Assembly (NCBI GenBank): GCA_002633005.1 | Contig: NMRA01000747.1 | Location: 1 to 64,000 of the forward strand | Source: Phoronis australis | Taxonomy: Eukaryota > Animalia > Phoronida | Reading direction: 5' to 3' | Length of the DNA stretch: 64,000 nucleotides | In this document: positions 13,396 to 26,958 of the stretch, one piece after another | Numbering within the stretch: position 1 is the first letter of the stretch | How the letters are laid out: each line of letters opens with the position of its first letter | The notes under the pieces: model-generated | Seen by the model: only the letters and a program-made list of their open reading frames with translations | Told to the model about the DNA's origin: nothing | Databases searched by the model: none | Program-made: the position numbers and the translations under genes

Positions 13396-14300
13396 TGTCA
13401 CCCACAGAACCCTGTATCATGTCATCCGCATAAGCGATATAGTGGAGAGGTGGATGTTGATCATGAAGAGGCAGACACGCATTTGTTACTGCACGCTCAT
13501 CACGCTGCAAGCTGTCACTCATCAGTTATCATCAAACGCCCGGACACAGATGTGATGGATTTGGGTTTGGCCAATGCAGCAAGCATTTCTGCATCACTCA
13601 AGATGTATACAGAAGTAGCTCAGAACTCCAGAGTAATTGATTGAAGTTCAATCAATTTTCTCTCATGGCCGAGGCTCAAGCATTGCTTGGTCTACACATA
13701 TTAACAGGAACGGTGCCTCTGTTATTGCCTTTCATAGGTAAAAGCAAGGTCAAAACTTTGAAGTTGTTGTTGTCGGACAGTCCTGTGTTCGTAGGTTTAA
13801 CAGTTGGACAGTCCAGGGAAAATTTGAATCTAATCTAATTCCAGTATTAGATTCATTTTTTTCTGTATTTCTCAACTGGATTTCTCAAAACTTTCATGCT
13901 TTTAGTTGGACAGTCCTGGGTTCAACATTTGAGCTTCCCGATCAACTCGTGGAGGACACTGAACCCTTTGTATGCAAGCTCTACGGCGGACTCGTCACCT
14001 ACAGTAGAATGCTACCGCATATTCAGGTTGAAATCAGTGACGGGATCACATTTATCTGTCGCTGTTACATGCCAGAAGAGCAATGCGCCACTCATGGCGA
14101 GCCTCACAACTGTAACGGGGTGGATGTTGGAACACGGTAATCTGAAATTTCACTGACTGTATGACTCCGCCATTAGCCCCAGAACAAGTCATGAATAATG
14201 TTTACTGCAAAAGCAAATGTAAAAAGTGGCTGGTGCAAACATGTGCACTTGTTTGAAGTCAGGCTTGCCATGTTCCGAGCTGTGTGACTGTCGAGAATGA
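13396..14300 (+). mobile_element. Decayed DNA-transposon ORF with XPG/PIN-like nuclease and C-terminal CXC zinc finger (Academ/AcademX-like)
   Basis: Frameshifted fragments occur in the expected order: HEEADTHLLLHAHHAA...VIIKRPDTDV; ALLGLHILTG...FIGKSKVKTLKLL; EPFVCKLYG; YRIFRLK; CTCLKSGLPCSELCDCRE*. Confidence 0.75.
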
Positions 14301-14458
14301 GTAACACGGAGTCTCAATTCTTTTTTGCTGACCATGATGTTGATGAAGCCACTTGATAAGTGTGTGGAATGTTGTTAAAGATTTTAAAAACTAACATTAT
14401 GGAAAATATCGACAACAGCGTGCTCATTGTGCGGTCAGTATGACTGTTCAGAACTCCA

Positions 14459-14697
14459 CATGCGCGCACCAGGGGCGGGGGGATCGGTAGCCCCCCATTT
14501 GGCGAAGTTGGCAAAAGGGTCAGCCTCAGAGAAACAAAAAGTCCAAAAAAGTAGAAAACGAGAAAAAAGTCTACTAAAAAGGCAGGTATTCGAAGGATGC
14601 ACAATTCATAGCTCTGAAATTACCCGTGTATTTTAGTAAAGGGTTCACACTCTCAAATATTCGAGCCCCCTTACTCTGAGGCTGGGCGCGCGCATGC
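14459..14697. mobile_element. GC-ended MITE-like element
   Basis: Terminal inverted catgcgcgcaccag / ctgggcgcgcgcatg. Confidence 0.45.
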
Positions 14698-14846
14698 TCC
14701 ATTCAATGTCTCCTCCCCGCGCGCGGCTTGATAATGAGCGACAACGCATGTGGATAATGCGAATTAGGACAACGAAAGTGATGATAGTTAATTCAATGAA
14801 GAAGCATTGGAAATGTAAAGTTATCCATATTTCGATTTAGACTCAG

Positions 14847-15102
14847 GGGCCGGTTCCATGAAACTGACTTAAATTCATTTTTGACTCAAGTCTAAGATTT
14901 GTCTCAACTTCCAAACTTTGAAACTTCCACTAGTTCCACAACTGCTAAGTAAGTCGCACTTGAGACAAGATTTAAGTCAAGAACTTAAGTCAAACTTACG
15001 ATGACTTTCTTGGAACGGATTTAAACAAATCGAAGTTTTATTTAAAAATTAACTTAAATTTAATATTTTTCTTAGCCAAGTCAGTTTTCTTGGAACGGGC
15101 CC
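14847..15102 (+). mobile_element. PIF/Harbinger-type MITE, family copy 2
   Basis: Same internal sequence (ttcatttttgactcaagtctaagatttgtc) and TIRs gggccggttcc / ggaacgggccc; flanks are CAG/CAA. Confidence 0.8.
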
Positions 15103-16834
15103 CAAATTTTTATCACGTTTCAAATGGTAAAAAACATTTTTTCTGGCTTTTGACATGAGCTCAGAATACAATACTGCGTTCGTCGGCCACTAGAAGGAGC
15201 TGTTACATTAAATATTTTTCTTTTTTAACAATTTTTCAACTTATTTCATAATATTTATCACTTTTCTTGTCTAGTAACTTGCAATGAGCAAAATCAAATC
15301 AGATTATCATTTAGTTTTTGCTTAGTGTCACACGGTTGTTGGGTTTTAAATAATGATTTTATGTGCCAAATTTTGCGAAAATGACACTTTTTCGGTCAAA
15401 TTTCTTGAAAATGTGCTAGCCAAACCTTGGCAAATTTTTACATTCTTAAAGTATATCATTCAACATCTGATTTTTAATTTATGTATTTGTCTATAATAAT
15501 TGTATATAGGTTTCTTTGCAATTGTTTAACCCAGTTACAATTCCTCTTGGAGTTTTATGGGTATGTCTGTTTATTGTACTGAATATTTCATGATAAACAT
15601 TTATTAAAAAGTTGACGCTAAGTTTGCCACCGTAGTGTCCCTCAGAGCCGACTGAAGAATCCGGTGGGTCGGGGCTTGTGTGGCAGGCTGGTTGTTGACA
15701 TTTTGCAGCTGGTCAACTGCATAGGTCAAAAGACCAATGATATTTGACAGCAGTTCTCTCTGTGACTTTGTCAGAAACAACTCTTGCTTCGCTTCTGCAC
15801 ACGTTACTAGGCAAGGCGCAGACAACCGGGAAACTTAAATGCACTAATGCGCACATGCGACATATTGGTTTCATCCATAGGGCGCTAGGATTGATGAAAC
15901 ATAATCTACAAAATAAGATTGAATTCACTGACGTCTGAGGTACAGAATAAGAATGATATAACCTAGCTTAACTTTAAAATGTCGTGGTTGACACAACAAA
16001 GGGAAAAATACACCGTGACGAAGTTATCATAGTTTCGGCCATACGCCGCGGCTAGCCTAGGATTGACGAAACAGAATCGACGAAATTGGATTGAATTCAT
16101 GAAACGCTGTTGAATTCACAACACGATACGATAGACGAAACAGAATGGATTTAAAAGCCGATTGAATTCACAAAACAGGTTAGAATACACAAAACACTAG
16201 GCGAGATTCACCATAGAATAGACGAGTGTGGATGTTGACTCAATATGATGTAAGCATATTGAATGCGCAAGATACTGATTGAATTGTTGTGCGGTTGGCA
16301 TTGAGTTCAATATTGAAAAATACAATTTGATAGTTTTTTGTATAAAGGGCCGCCCATACGTCCGTCGCGAGACAATATACCGGCTCAAGCGGAGGCAAAT
16401 GGAACCTGTTAGCCTGGGCAGAGTTCAGTAACGGCAAAGACCCTCTCTACGGTCTCTGGTAACGGTACGACCTCGCTAATAGGCAAAGCTTCGCGAGATT
16501 ACGTGAGACATTGCCGTGTATTTCAAATTAGGGTACGTGTTTGGTTCGGAGATTAACGAGTTCCTAGCCGGGTGGCGTTATTGAACTCTATTCCTGGTGT
16601 TTCACAATAGTCCAGTTTCCTCTGCCAAAGATTTTTAGTAATGGAAAGAACACAGTGTCCCGTCCAGCAAAAATCAATCAATAAATATCATGAATAGATG
16701 GTAACCAGCTGGCAAGCTGTAGTATTGCTGGACGTCAAATACTACCCTCTGACACAACGCCACCTATACTTTCGTTTAGCACTGTATTGGAGTGTGGTCA
16801 AACCAAAGACGCTAACCTCCCTCTCTACGTACTA

Positions 16835-16899
16835 GCTGGTTCCCTGCGTGCCCAGCCATCACGGCTACCGCCCCACCTAGCGGCACGCAGGGAACCAGC
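16835..16899. repeat. 18-bp perfect inverted repeat (short MITE-like hairpin)
   Basis: gctggttccctgcgtgcc ... ggcacgcagggaaccagc; degenerate in the duplicate copy near 20690-20760. Confidence 0.7.
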
Positions 16900-18428
16900 G
16901 AGCGTCAAACACGGCACACTCATAAATTTATGCGCTGCCAGACCCAGTTTCTTGCGAGGAAAGCAAAAACTCGTAAGACTTAATGAGAAATTGCTAACAC
17001 TTGGCAAAGACGATCTCAAAGAGACGCAGCACGTGGCCACACTGACCTTCTTAGCGAAATTCTTGCGTCTCCGAAACTCTATTTATGTTAAAGAGGGTGA
17101 CTCCAACACTTGACACCCCCATTTGACATTTTAGACTGCGCCGACCCGAAATCGAAGAGCAAACTCGACTGGTAGTAACTTCAGTGAGGAAAACTCTAAA
17201 ATGTCTTTTGTTTGAGAGTGCAGGTAGGGGTTACAAGTTTTGATGTCTGAGCAATGAATATTTTCTTTAAAATCCTGTTGGTTTGCCTTATGTCCACAGG
17301 CTTTTGTCGTGGTGCAAAGCTGTATCAAGACAAGTGACTATTAAGTTTACTTTGGCTGCCCGGCAACTGTAGACTGTAGTACAAGCCTAGTTTGCATTGG
17401 AATTCTCTGCCCGGCTCACCGCAGTATGGGTGTGAAAGATTTGCAGTTTACTCTGGAATTTCGACCACCTGGATAGTCGGGACGGTCTGTGGCAACGAAA
17501 TTGCGGGTTGTGTTAGGCTACTTTTTAAACTTTTAAGAGGAAGTACGGTAAAAACTCTTGTTTTGAGTCTCTAAATTTTAGGACACCAAAATTCAAATAG
17601 AAGTTGAATTTTTGATTTTGAAGATTAATTGATAGGCATCGCGTACGCTGAGCCTCTCGGGCTGGCTATGTAGGGGCTACAGCACTCCCCATCAGTTTCT
17701 GTATTAATCTCATCCCGTCTATGTTAAACGGCGCTATACTAGTACTAGCTAGCCGAAATACTGTCACTGAATAAGTGGTGTCAGCCACCAAAAATACATT
17801 TTACATTTCAAATTGTCTCGTAAAAAGGCGGTTATTTTCTTCGGTGATCCTTTCTTGTTCTTTATATATTGAAACGGGAAATACAAGAGCAAAGTGAAGT
17901 GTTGAAATGCGCCCACGATAGCTCTGTCCGCAAACGCTATTTTTAGTGTCATAAAAATGCCCATTGAGATGGCGCAGAATGCATCAAGCCCATCCGAATT
18001 GAAAAGGCAGTGTCGTCTTTGTAAAACACAACCATTTGTCAAATTTTATGACAGTAAGCCAAGGAACTCTCAAGATATAGGGGCAAGTGCAGTTTAAAGC
18101 AATTGACACCAGGGGCACAGTTATAGTCTGATTGGTCTGAAAGTGAAACTCATCACCTGTTGTCATGTTAGTTATAAGCCCAAATGCCAAATTTCCCAAA
18201 GATCCTTTAAAGGGTTAAGGGGAAACAACCGTAGGTGCAAAAAAGCAACATTGCCTGTTAAGAGGTGCCAGAATAGTCAAAAACATCCGAAAATCAACAT
18301 CAGCCAGGATCTTCGCATCTCACAAAACCATCAATGGTTTGGCAAAAAGAGAGGCAGATGTCAAAGACTCGAGCAAAAATGTTATATGGCTACCGACCAG
18401 GTGGCGCAGAAAATATCGAAAATGGGAT

Positions 18429-19021
18429 NNNNNNNNNNNNNNNNNNNNNNNNNNNNNNNNNNNNNNNNNNNNNNNNNNNNNNNNNNNNNNNNNNNNNNNN
18501 NNNNNNNNNNNNNNNNNNNNNNNNNNNNNNNNNNNNNNNNNNNNNNNNNNNNNNNNNNNNNNNNNNNNNNNNNNNNNNNNNNNNNNNNNNNNNNNNNNNN
18601 NNNNNNNNNNNNNNNNNNNNNNNNNNNNNNNNNNNNNNNNNNNNNNNNNNNNNNNNNNNNNNNNNNNNNNNNNNNNNNNNNNNNNNNNNNNNNNNNNNNN
18701 NNNNNNNNNNNNNNNNNNNNNNNNNNNNNNNNNNNNNNNNNNNNNNNNNNNNNNNNNNNNNNNNNNNNNNNNNNNNNNNNNNNNNNNNNNNNNNNNNNNN
18801 NNNNNNNNNNNNNNNNNNNNNNNNNNNNNNNNNNNNNNNNNNNNNNNNNNNNNNNNNNNNNNNNNNNNNNNNNNNNNNNNNNNNNNNNNNNNNNNNNNNN
18901 NNNNNNNNNNNNNNNNNNNNNNNNNNNNNNNNNNNNNNNNNNNNNNNNNNNNNNNNNNNNNNNNNNNNNNNNNNNNNNNNNNNNNNNNNNNNNNNNNNNN
19001 NNNNNNNNNNNNNNNNNNNNN
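18429..19021. other. Assembly gap
   Basis: Run of N. Confidence 1.
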
Positions 19022-19243
19022 TGCAGCTGGTCAACTGCATAGGTCAAAGACCAATGATATTTGACAGCAGTTCTCTCTGTGACTTTGTCAGAAACAACTC
19101 TTGCTTCGCTTCTGCACACGTTAGGCAAGGCGCAGACAACCGGGAAACTTAAATGCATGCGCACATGCGACATATTGGTTTCATCCATATTGCGCTAGGA
19201 TTGACGAAACATAATCGACAAAATAAGATTGAATTCACTGACG

Positions 19244-19263
19244 ACAGGATAGATACATAGATG

Positions 19264-19310
<47 letters not shown>

Positions 19311-19829
19311 GGACGGATGGACGGATGGACGGATAGACAGATGGACAGGTGGATGGGTGGACGGACGGATGGAGGGATAGATAGTTTATTTAGTCATTCA
19401 TCATACAAATAGTCATGCAGTCTACACAATTAGGCGTCCCTACTTTCTAAGCGCAACCTAAAGTGGCAAGATTGGAACTTTTAAGGCCAATTAAAATTGG
19501 ACGGTAGTAGTCGAAGGTAAATGACAAAACTAAGGTTTTACTAACTTGAAGACTATATATGATTGATTACTTTAGACTATGAAAACAAGACAAAGAGACT
19601 TTCAAAAGGCTAAGGAGCCGCTTGGATGAAAGCCAACTGTATCTACACATGCACTTAGTAAAAAATAACTAAGCCGTTTCAACAATTTATCTCTACATGA
19701 GCGAAAACATCAACCTGTTGAGTAGACCTATTAACAGAATGATTTTGTATCTATGTAAAATGTTTACATGTAGGGGACAAATATCTAGGTATTACAATAT
19801 AAACTACCGATCGGATGCAAACTAAAGTA
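19244..19829 (-). mobile_element. Insertion present only in the second duplicate copy; probable 3' end of a LINE with a (CTAT)n-type tail
   Basis: Absent at the corresponding site near 15933. The minus strand ends ...gactaaataaactatctatc followed by a (GATA/GGAC)n array at 19248-19384. Confidence 0.55.
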
Positions 19830-21741
19830 AGGTACAGAATAAGAATGATATAACCTAGCTTAACTTTAAAATGTCGTGGTTGACACAACAAAGGGAAAAA
19901 TACACCGTGACGAAGTTATCATAGTTTCGGCCATATGCCGCGGCTAGGATTGACGAAACACGGAATCGACGAAATTGGATTGAATTCATGAAACGCTGTC
20001 AAATTCACAACGCGATACGATAGACGAAACAGAATGGATTTAAAAGCCGATTGAATTCACAAAACAGGTTAGAATATACAAAACAGCATTGAATTCACCA
20101 TAGAATAGACGAGTGTGGATCATTTGACTCAATATGATGTAAGCATACTGAATGCGCAAGATACTGATTGAATTGTTGTGCGGTTGGCATTGAGTTCATT
20201 AAATGGAATATAGAAAAAGACAATTTGATAGTTTTTTGTATAAAGGGCCGCCCATACGTCCGTCACGAGACAAAGAATACCGGCTCAAGCGGAGGCCAAA
20301 AAATGGAACCAGTTTGTCCGGGCAGAGTTCAGTAACGGTACGACCTCGCTAATAGGCAAAGCTTCGGGAGATTACGTGAGACATTGCCGTGTATTTCAAA
20401 TTAGGGCACGTGATTTTGGTTCGGAGATTAACGAATTCCTAGCCGGCTAGGTCCATGGCATTATTGAACTCTATTCCTGGTGTTTCACAATAGTCCAGTT
20501 TCCTCTGCCGAAGATTTTTAGTAATGGAAAGAACACAGTGTCCCGTCCAGCAAAAATCAATCAATAAATATCATGAATAGATGGTAACCAGCTGGCAAGC
20601 TGTGTATTGCTGGACGTCAAACACTACCCCCTGACTCAACGCCACCTATACTTTCATTTAGCACTGTGTTAGAGTGTAGTCAAACACTAGCTGGTTCCCG
20701 GCGTGCTTAGCCCAGCCAGCACGGCTACCGCCCCACCTAGCGGCACGCAGGAAACCAGCGAGCGTCAAACACGGATCACTCATAAATTTATGCGCTGCCA
20801 GACCCAGTTTCTTGCGAGGAAAGCAAAAACTCGTAAGACTTAATGAGAAATTGCTAACAATTGGCAAAGACGATCTCAAAGAGACGCAGCACGTGGCCAC
20901 ACTGACCTTCTTAGCGAAATTCTTGCGTCTCCGAAACTCTATCTATGTTAAAGAGGGTGACTCCAACACTTTACACCCCCATTTGACATTTTAGACTGCG
21001 CCGACCCGAAATCGAAGAGCAAACTCGGCTGGTAGTAACGTCAGTGAGGAAAACTCTAAAATGTCTTTTGTTTGAGAGTGCAGGTAGGGGTTACAAGTTT
21101 TGATGTCTGAGCAATGAATAATTTCTTTAAAATCCTGTTGGTTTGCCTTATGTCCACCGGCTTTTGTCGTGGTGCAAAGCTGTATCAAGACAAGTGACTA
21201 TTAAGTTTACTTTGGCTGCCCGGCAACTGTAGACTGTAGTACAAGCCTAGTTTGCATTGGAATTCTATGCCCGGCTCACCGCAGTATGGGTGTGAAAATT
21301 TGCAGTTTACTCTGGAATTTCGACCACCTGGATAGTCGGGACGGTCTATGGAAACGAAATTGCGGGTTGTGTTAGGCTACTTTTTAAACTTTTAAGAGGA
21401 AGTACGGTAAAAACTCTTGTTTTGAGTCTCTAAATTTTAGGACACCAAAATTCAAATAGAAGTTGAATTTTTGATTTTTAAGATTAATTGATAGGCATCA
21501 CGTACACTGAGCCTCTCGGGCTGGCTATGTAGGGGCTACAGCACTCCCCATCAGTTTCTGTATTAATCTCATCCCGTCTATGTTAAACGGCGCTATACTA
21601 GTACTAGCTAGCCGAAATACTGTCACTGAATAAGTGGTGTCAGCCACCAAAAATACATTTTACATTTCAAATTGTCTCGTAAAAAGGCGGTTATTTTCTT
21701 CGGTGATCCTTTCTTGTTCTTTATATATTGAAACGGGAAAT

Positions 21742-22990
21742 ACAAGAGCAAAGTGAAGTGTTGAAATGCGCCCACGATAGCTCTGTCCGCAAACGCTATT
21801 TTTAGTGTCATAAAAATGCCCATTGAGATGGCGCAGAATGCATCAAGCCCATCCGAATTGAAAAGGCAGTGTCGTCTTTGTAAAACACAACCATTTGTCA
21901 AATTTTATGACAGTAAGCCAAGGAACTCTCAAGATATAGGGGCAAGTGCAGTTTAAAGCAATTGACACCAGGGGCACAGTTATAGTCTGATTGGTCTGAA
22001 AGTGAAACTCATCACCTGTTGTAATGTTAGTTATAAGCCCAAATGCCAAATTTCCCAAAGATCCTTTAAAGGGTTAAGGGGAAACAACCGTAGGTGCAAA
22101 AAAGCAACATTGCCTGTTAAGAGGTGCCAGAATAGTCAAAAACATCCGAAAATCAACATCAGCCAGGATCTTCGCATCTCACAAAACCATCAATGGTTTG
22201 GCAAAAAGAGAGGCAGATGTCAAAGACTCGAGCAAAAATGTTATATGGCTACCGACCAGGTGGCGCAGAAAATATCGAAAATGGGATGGCGTTGTCGCCT
22301 CTAATAGAAACCTATTTACCAAATTTCATGAAAATATATTACTGAAATCCGAAGATACAGAAGCTATTGTAAAAAATTGCCACTAGAGGGTCCAGTCGTA
22401 TCTGGATCAGTTCGACAATCGGTACCGTTGATCGACGTCTCCATTGAGGAATGTACATCTTTCAAATTTCACGAAGCTTCAAAGGGTTAAGAAGAATTGA
22501 CCGCAGATGCAAAAAACTTGAAAGAAAAGTTGTCAATAGGGGACGACACAGTTGCCAGACTCGTCTGAAAGTCAATGTCATGACCTTCTCATGTGCAACA
22601 CATCTGTAAATTTTTATAATGATTCTTTTGAGTGGTATGATAGCTAGAGAGGCGAACGCCTGAAAACGGATGCAAAATAACCTAAAGGTGGTGTAAAATT
22701 TGTTGAGTCTGTCCTAAAAAGCAATGCCATCATTACCTCTACATGAAAAATCTGTTGAATTTCATGAAAATCCATCTAGGAACTCTGAATATACAAAGGC
22801 AAATGTGAAAAATATATATTTGCCCATAGGGGGCACAGTGGTATTCGAGTCTGTCCGAAACTCATCGTAATCTGTCGTCAGCCACATAGGAACACCTTTG
22901 CCAAGTTTCTATAAGATCCTGCAAGAGGTTTAGGAGGAGACGCCGTACGCCCAGACAGAGATGACGACAATACGCAGAAGCATCCTAATA
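21742..22990 (+). mobile_element. Non-autonomous Helitron/Helentron-like element with internal ~150-bp degenerate repeats (partial copy at 17883-18428)
   Basis: Starts ACAAGAG; recurrent aaatttcatgaaaat and tagggggcacag blocks; 3' cagacagagatgacgacaatac motif. The family assignment is by resemblance only. Confidence 0.4.
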
Positions 22991-23095
22991 TACATGTGGA
23001 AGCATCGAAACGGCTTTGGCAAAGAATTGCAACTCCACTTTTGTTGCCGTCAACTTTTTCATCGTATGGGCGATAACCACAAAGACTACTTCAAT

Positions 23096-23108
23096 TGACG
23101 TCACGTGA
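23096..23108. promoter_or_regulatory. Overlapping CRE and E-box (TGACGTCACGTGA), candidate FAR promoter
   Basis: A perfect TGACGTCA overlaps TCACGTGA, followed by plausible first-exon donors (ccg|gtgaga near 23238), about 3.9 kb upstream of the FAR ATG. Confidence 0.4.
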
Positions 23109-25584
23109 ATTGGGCAACAACAAGCGTGAGACTAAGCGAAGCTTGTGACCTGGCACGCGGCCATTGCAAAATGTAGCCCCGTGGACTTTTTGTTTGTCAA
23201 CAGGGATGATTTAGCAACTTCTGCAAAATGGCACCCGGTGAGAGAAGCTCAAGTGTCCTACTGTCCCAAATGCCGTTAGGGACTTCTGATAGTAAGCCCC
23301 AAAGTTATAATTGGTAAATTGACTCAGTTTGTTTACTCATAGCTCTAGTTCCCAAATATAAACCTGAGCCAGTGGGCCTATAAATGGAGAAGTTCCATAT
23401 GGAGCTGGTGAGGAAATGAGGATTTTAAGTTTAAGAGTGTCCTGTTAGCCTGTTCTAAATTAACCATCTAAACTACAGCTTGGAGCAGGGGAGGTTGAGG
23501 GAGTTCATGTTTTTGTTCAACTTTGCTGACAGTGTTCATTTGGGAAATACTGCAAACCACTGGAATTTTCAATTGTAGCTCCGAAAGTAGGTACATGGGC
23601 GTATATTTGAAAAGTTTCTCGTGATATGTTTAGGGGTCCCTCCGTTTGCAGAAATTCGTCAGCTGGTAATTTCAATGAGTCAGTGTTGGGTTGCGGGAAT
23701 TAACAAGGATACAGATGCTTCAAACATGTACACCATACCTCCATGACAGGAATCCTTTATGTTGATTCTAATTAACCCATCATTCAGCTATCTCTAGACG
23801 GCTCATTACCACTATCCTTTGTCAAGATTTGATGGCGGCGCCACCTACTGAGTTTAAATTTTTGCAATTGCCTTGTTCACATCAATGGATATAACCTTTT
23901 GCTAAACCACCACAGAGGGGACAGGTGTACCTACAAGTCTTGTATCTCCCGCCATTCTGGTCATCTTTATTCACCTGTGTTTTTCTGTTTCCTGTGTATT
24001 AACCTGTTCATCTATTGGTCCGTCGGAGATACAGATCATCTTTTTGTGCTGTATTCACGGGTGTCACTTAAGGGTATGGGGGTGTCCCTTCATTTTCAAT
24101 TTATAACCCATTATTTATTCCATTTAAATATCGAAGGTGCCGCCCATGTTTGCCAAGGAGTACCTGCTCACTGCAAAAACTAACTGTTCACCAAAAACTG
24201 CAACCACAAACTATATTTATTGCAAGTGACGGAAGTACGCACGGATACTGGCTCTTTTCATTGTAGAACTAATCTTGACTTGCTGTCATAGTGTTCTCCA
24301 CAACAGAAAATTCGACTGAAATTACAAAATTTATGTATATGTTTGAAAGTCCATGTCCATACTGTAGGGTGTTGTGTGTTAAGTCTTGCAATAAATATAA
24401 TGGATAGGTACCAAAAATTCCAAGCATCCTAATTTGCTTAAGAAATGATTAATCTCCTAACACTTTAAACTCTTTGCATAGGGTTTCAAACTTGATGCTA
24501 GTAAGTCAAACTCGTCATAACAAAATTGACGCAGTGACTATTCAAAACATGTTGTTAGTGAACAGTCTGTCTCAGACATTGAGTAACTGCTTATGTATAT
24601 TTAGCACACAACATGGCCGACAAATGAAATTTGTGTCAAATTTCTTCAACTATTTTGAAATTTTTAATCTAATGTAAGATATTCGGTTAATAGGTATACT
24701 TAATTTGTAGCTAAGTAAATACCTTTGAAGAATAGAAAAACAACAATTTAGCAATTATTTTGCTTGAAATTTTAGTAAAGCGATTTGTGTTTTCTCACCA
24801 ATAAAAGAATGCCATTGACAATTTATATGCAGACTGAGTAATCAAGGTATTCCTATTGAGCAGGTAAGTTAGGCAGATTACTAAACACGGACAGCGTTAC
24901 AAAACTATTGAGTGTGTGTGGTCTGTTCTTAGCAAGCTGTGCATCCGTCCAATCACGTAATCTACTATTTATTCAACATTTCCCAACCCTAGCTACACTG
25001 ATGTTGAGCTTGAACTCTGTTACTTGTTATCTCTGTCAGGCAGATTCTCAGTGCCAATGTGTGTCCTCAGTAGACATCCTTAAATGGTATATGACTTTTG
25101 CACATGTGAATTTCCTAATATCCTTCCATGATTTACATGATTTACATTCTCTGGTGGTCTTTATTCTCTTATGACCTTTATTGATTCGGAATGGTGTTTC
25201 TGTGCCTCTGAGTCTAAGCCACATTTTATGTTTCCAGGTGGAGATGAGAGGTCTGATTTACTGAATATCTGTTACCGGAATCTCGTAGAAGGGTGTGAAA
25301 AGGAGTCAGGACCAGGTGTGGGTGTTCATTTAAAGGTGAGCATATATGTCTCTTGAAGTATTTTATAATGAGTGGACTCAATGTTTCTTACGAATAAATA
25401 AAATAGATGCTGGAATGCCATGCAGCTACCGACTGATAAGAATATAAAATAGTAAAAGTAAAACAACGAGCGTCGGTACTAAGATATATTAAACTATTTC
25501 CCACGTTTCAAGCTTGCACTCATCATTATCAAAGGCATGGCTAATGAAGAATGGTCCCTTTTGTCAATGGCGGAAGCTTTTCAC

Positions 25585-25990
25585 CCGGGTGATTTTTGAC
25601 TTTACATCAGTCTGCTATTGTTTGGATCACGTGACCTTGTCATTTTAGTAAAATTTAGCAAAAAAGAGGTGCAACAGTGTCAATAACATGATCAACTTTT
25701 GTTCGATATAAATAACTTAAGATGAAATCTCAAAAGCGCTGTTACTAACAGTTTTCTAAATTATTATTCTTTTTATGTTTTATTTAAGTTTTGAGTTTCT
25801 TTCAAAAAAAATCTGAAAATATTATTTTTGATAGCCCCTCTTTCAAAAACGGAAACTTATGAAGGTAATTCCAGGTCAGTGCATAAAGCATGGAACCTGA
25901 AATATTCACAATTCGGATCAGCCATTTTTGAGATGTGGTGTTCTCAATTTAGCCGCATTTGACCAATTTTCGAGCGTGACCATAAGTACC
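25585..25990 (+). mobile_element. Interspersed repeat; related inverted copies at about 49560-50010 and 53530-53970
   Basis: gatttttgactttacatcagtctgctattgtttggatcacgtgacc...ttttagtaaaat matches the reverse complement of 49940-50006. Confidence 0.6.
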
Positions 25991-26958
25991 ATTCACAGCA
26001 ATTTACAGATCTCACAGTAATGCCCTTTGACCCTCTCTGCTTACACGTGTAGGTATTGTTTTGACTGGATCAGTGTGGTAAACTGGAAGTACATGAATTT
26101 GGGTCTAATTATGATTGTAGGTCTATAATTGTTTTGACTGATTCATTCCTCGTCTCTAGTTAAGCAGGCAAACATTGTATTGCATGTGTGAACACTTAAG
26201 TCACTTTCCAATTAGAGAAACTAGGCAACTCCACAAAACATTCTTACTAATTAATCCTCTCTGGTAGCGACATGGGATTTTTCTCATCAGAGGGGAGTCG
26301 GTAACCTTTCCCGTTGCATGGGAGTTGTACAACTCCAGAGTTTAATCCACCTATTTTAAGATTACTTGCAATGACTGGAGTTTCGCTTTCCCACTAACCG
26401 AAAGTCAGCGATGTTTAGAGCAACATTACTGTGTGCCAGAATCCCAGTTGCTATTCAGAATACTTGTAAACACAAGAAGCCACCCCTGTGTTGTAACACA
26501 CTTGTCTAATAGTGCACCTAAAATACAGTGGGTAAAGGGAGATATTTCATAAATCTTTAAAGTTAATTTCGTCAATTTCAGAATTAGATTCGTGTTTGGG
26601 AATGATCATGAACACGCGTATTTACATATCTGTGAATGGATTGAATTGTAACAGAAAAAATTCAATTTCATGTTGGCCAAAAATCATCGGTCAAGTCCAG
26701 TGCAGGCCAGACTTCTGGGTGGAAGCCAAATTCACGATCAGAATAACTTCTCATAACTGAGAGTATAAAGGGCAATTACTAGGAAGAGGGAAGTAAGGTA
26801 GTGAAACCATTCCAGAATTAGAATTTTCCCGATATTTTTGCTGTTAACAGAATTGGCCGCCATGACGAGGAAATGGTATTTTATCTGATTACTTTTGTCA
26901 CGTTCTGTACGCTTTGAATTCTTTCTCTCTCTTTCAGTAGCTCTGTTGTTACTTAAAC

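Larger units (their letters stand above)
15704..22287 (+). repeat. ~2.7-kb direct duplication (15704-18428 vs 19022-22287) across an assembly gap; likely two alleles
   Basis: Near-identical sequence that ends exactly at the gap and restarts exactly after it; the ORF track shows paired duplicate ORFs. Confidence 0.9.

Noticed and set aside
13037-13555. Repetitive YIHT/MYVC ORFs
   Set aside because: Translations of the (GTAT)n microsatellite.
18143-19188. Long ORFs of 216-299 aa
   Set aside because: They are long only because they run through the N gap.
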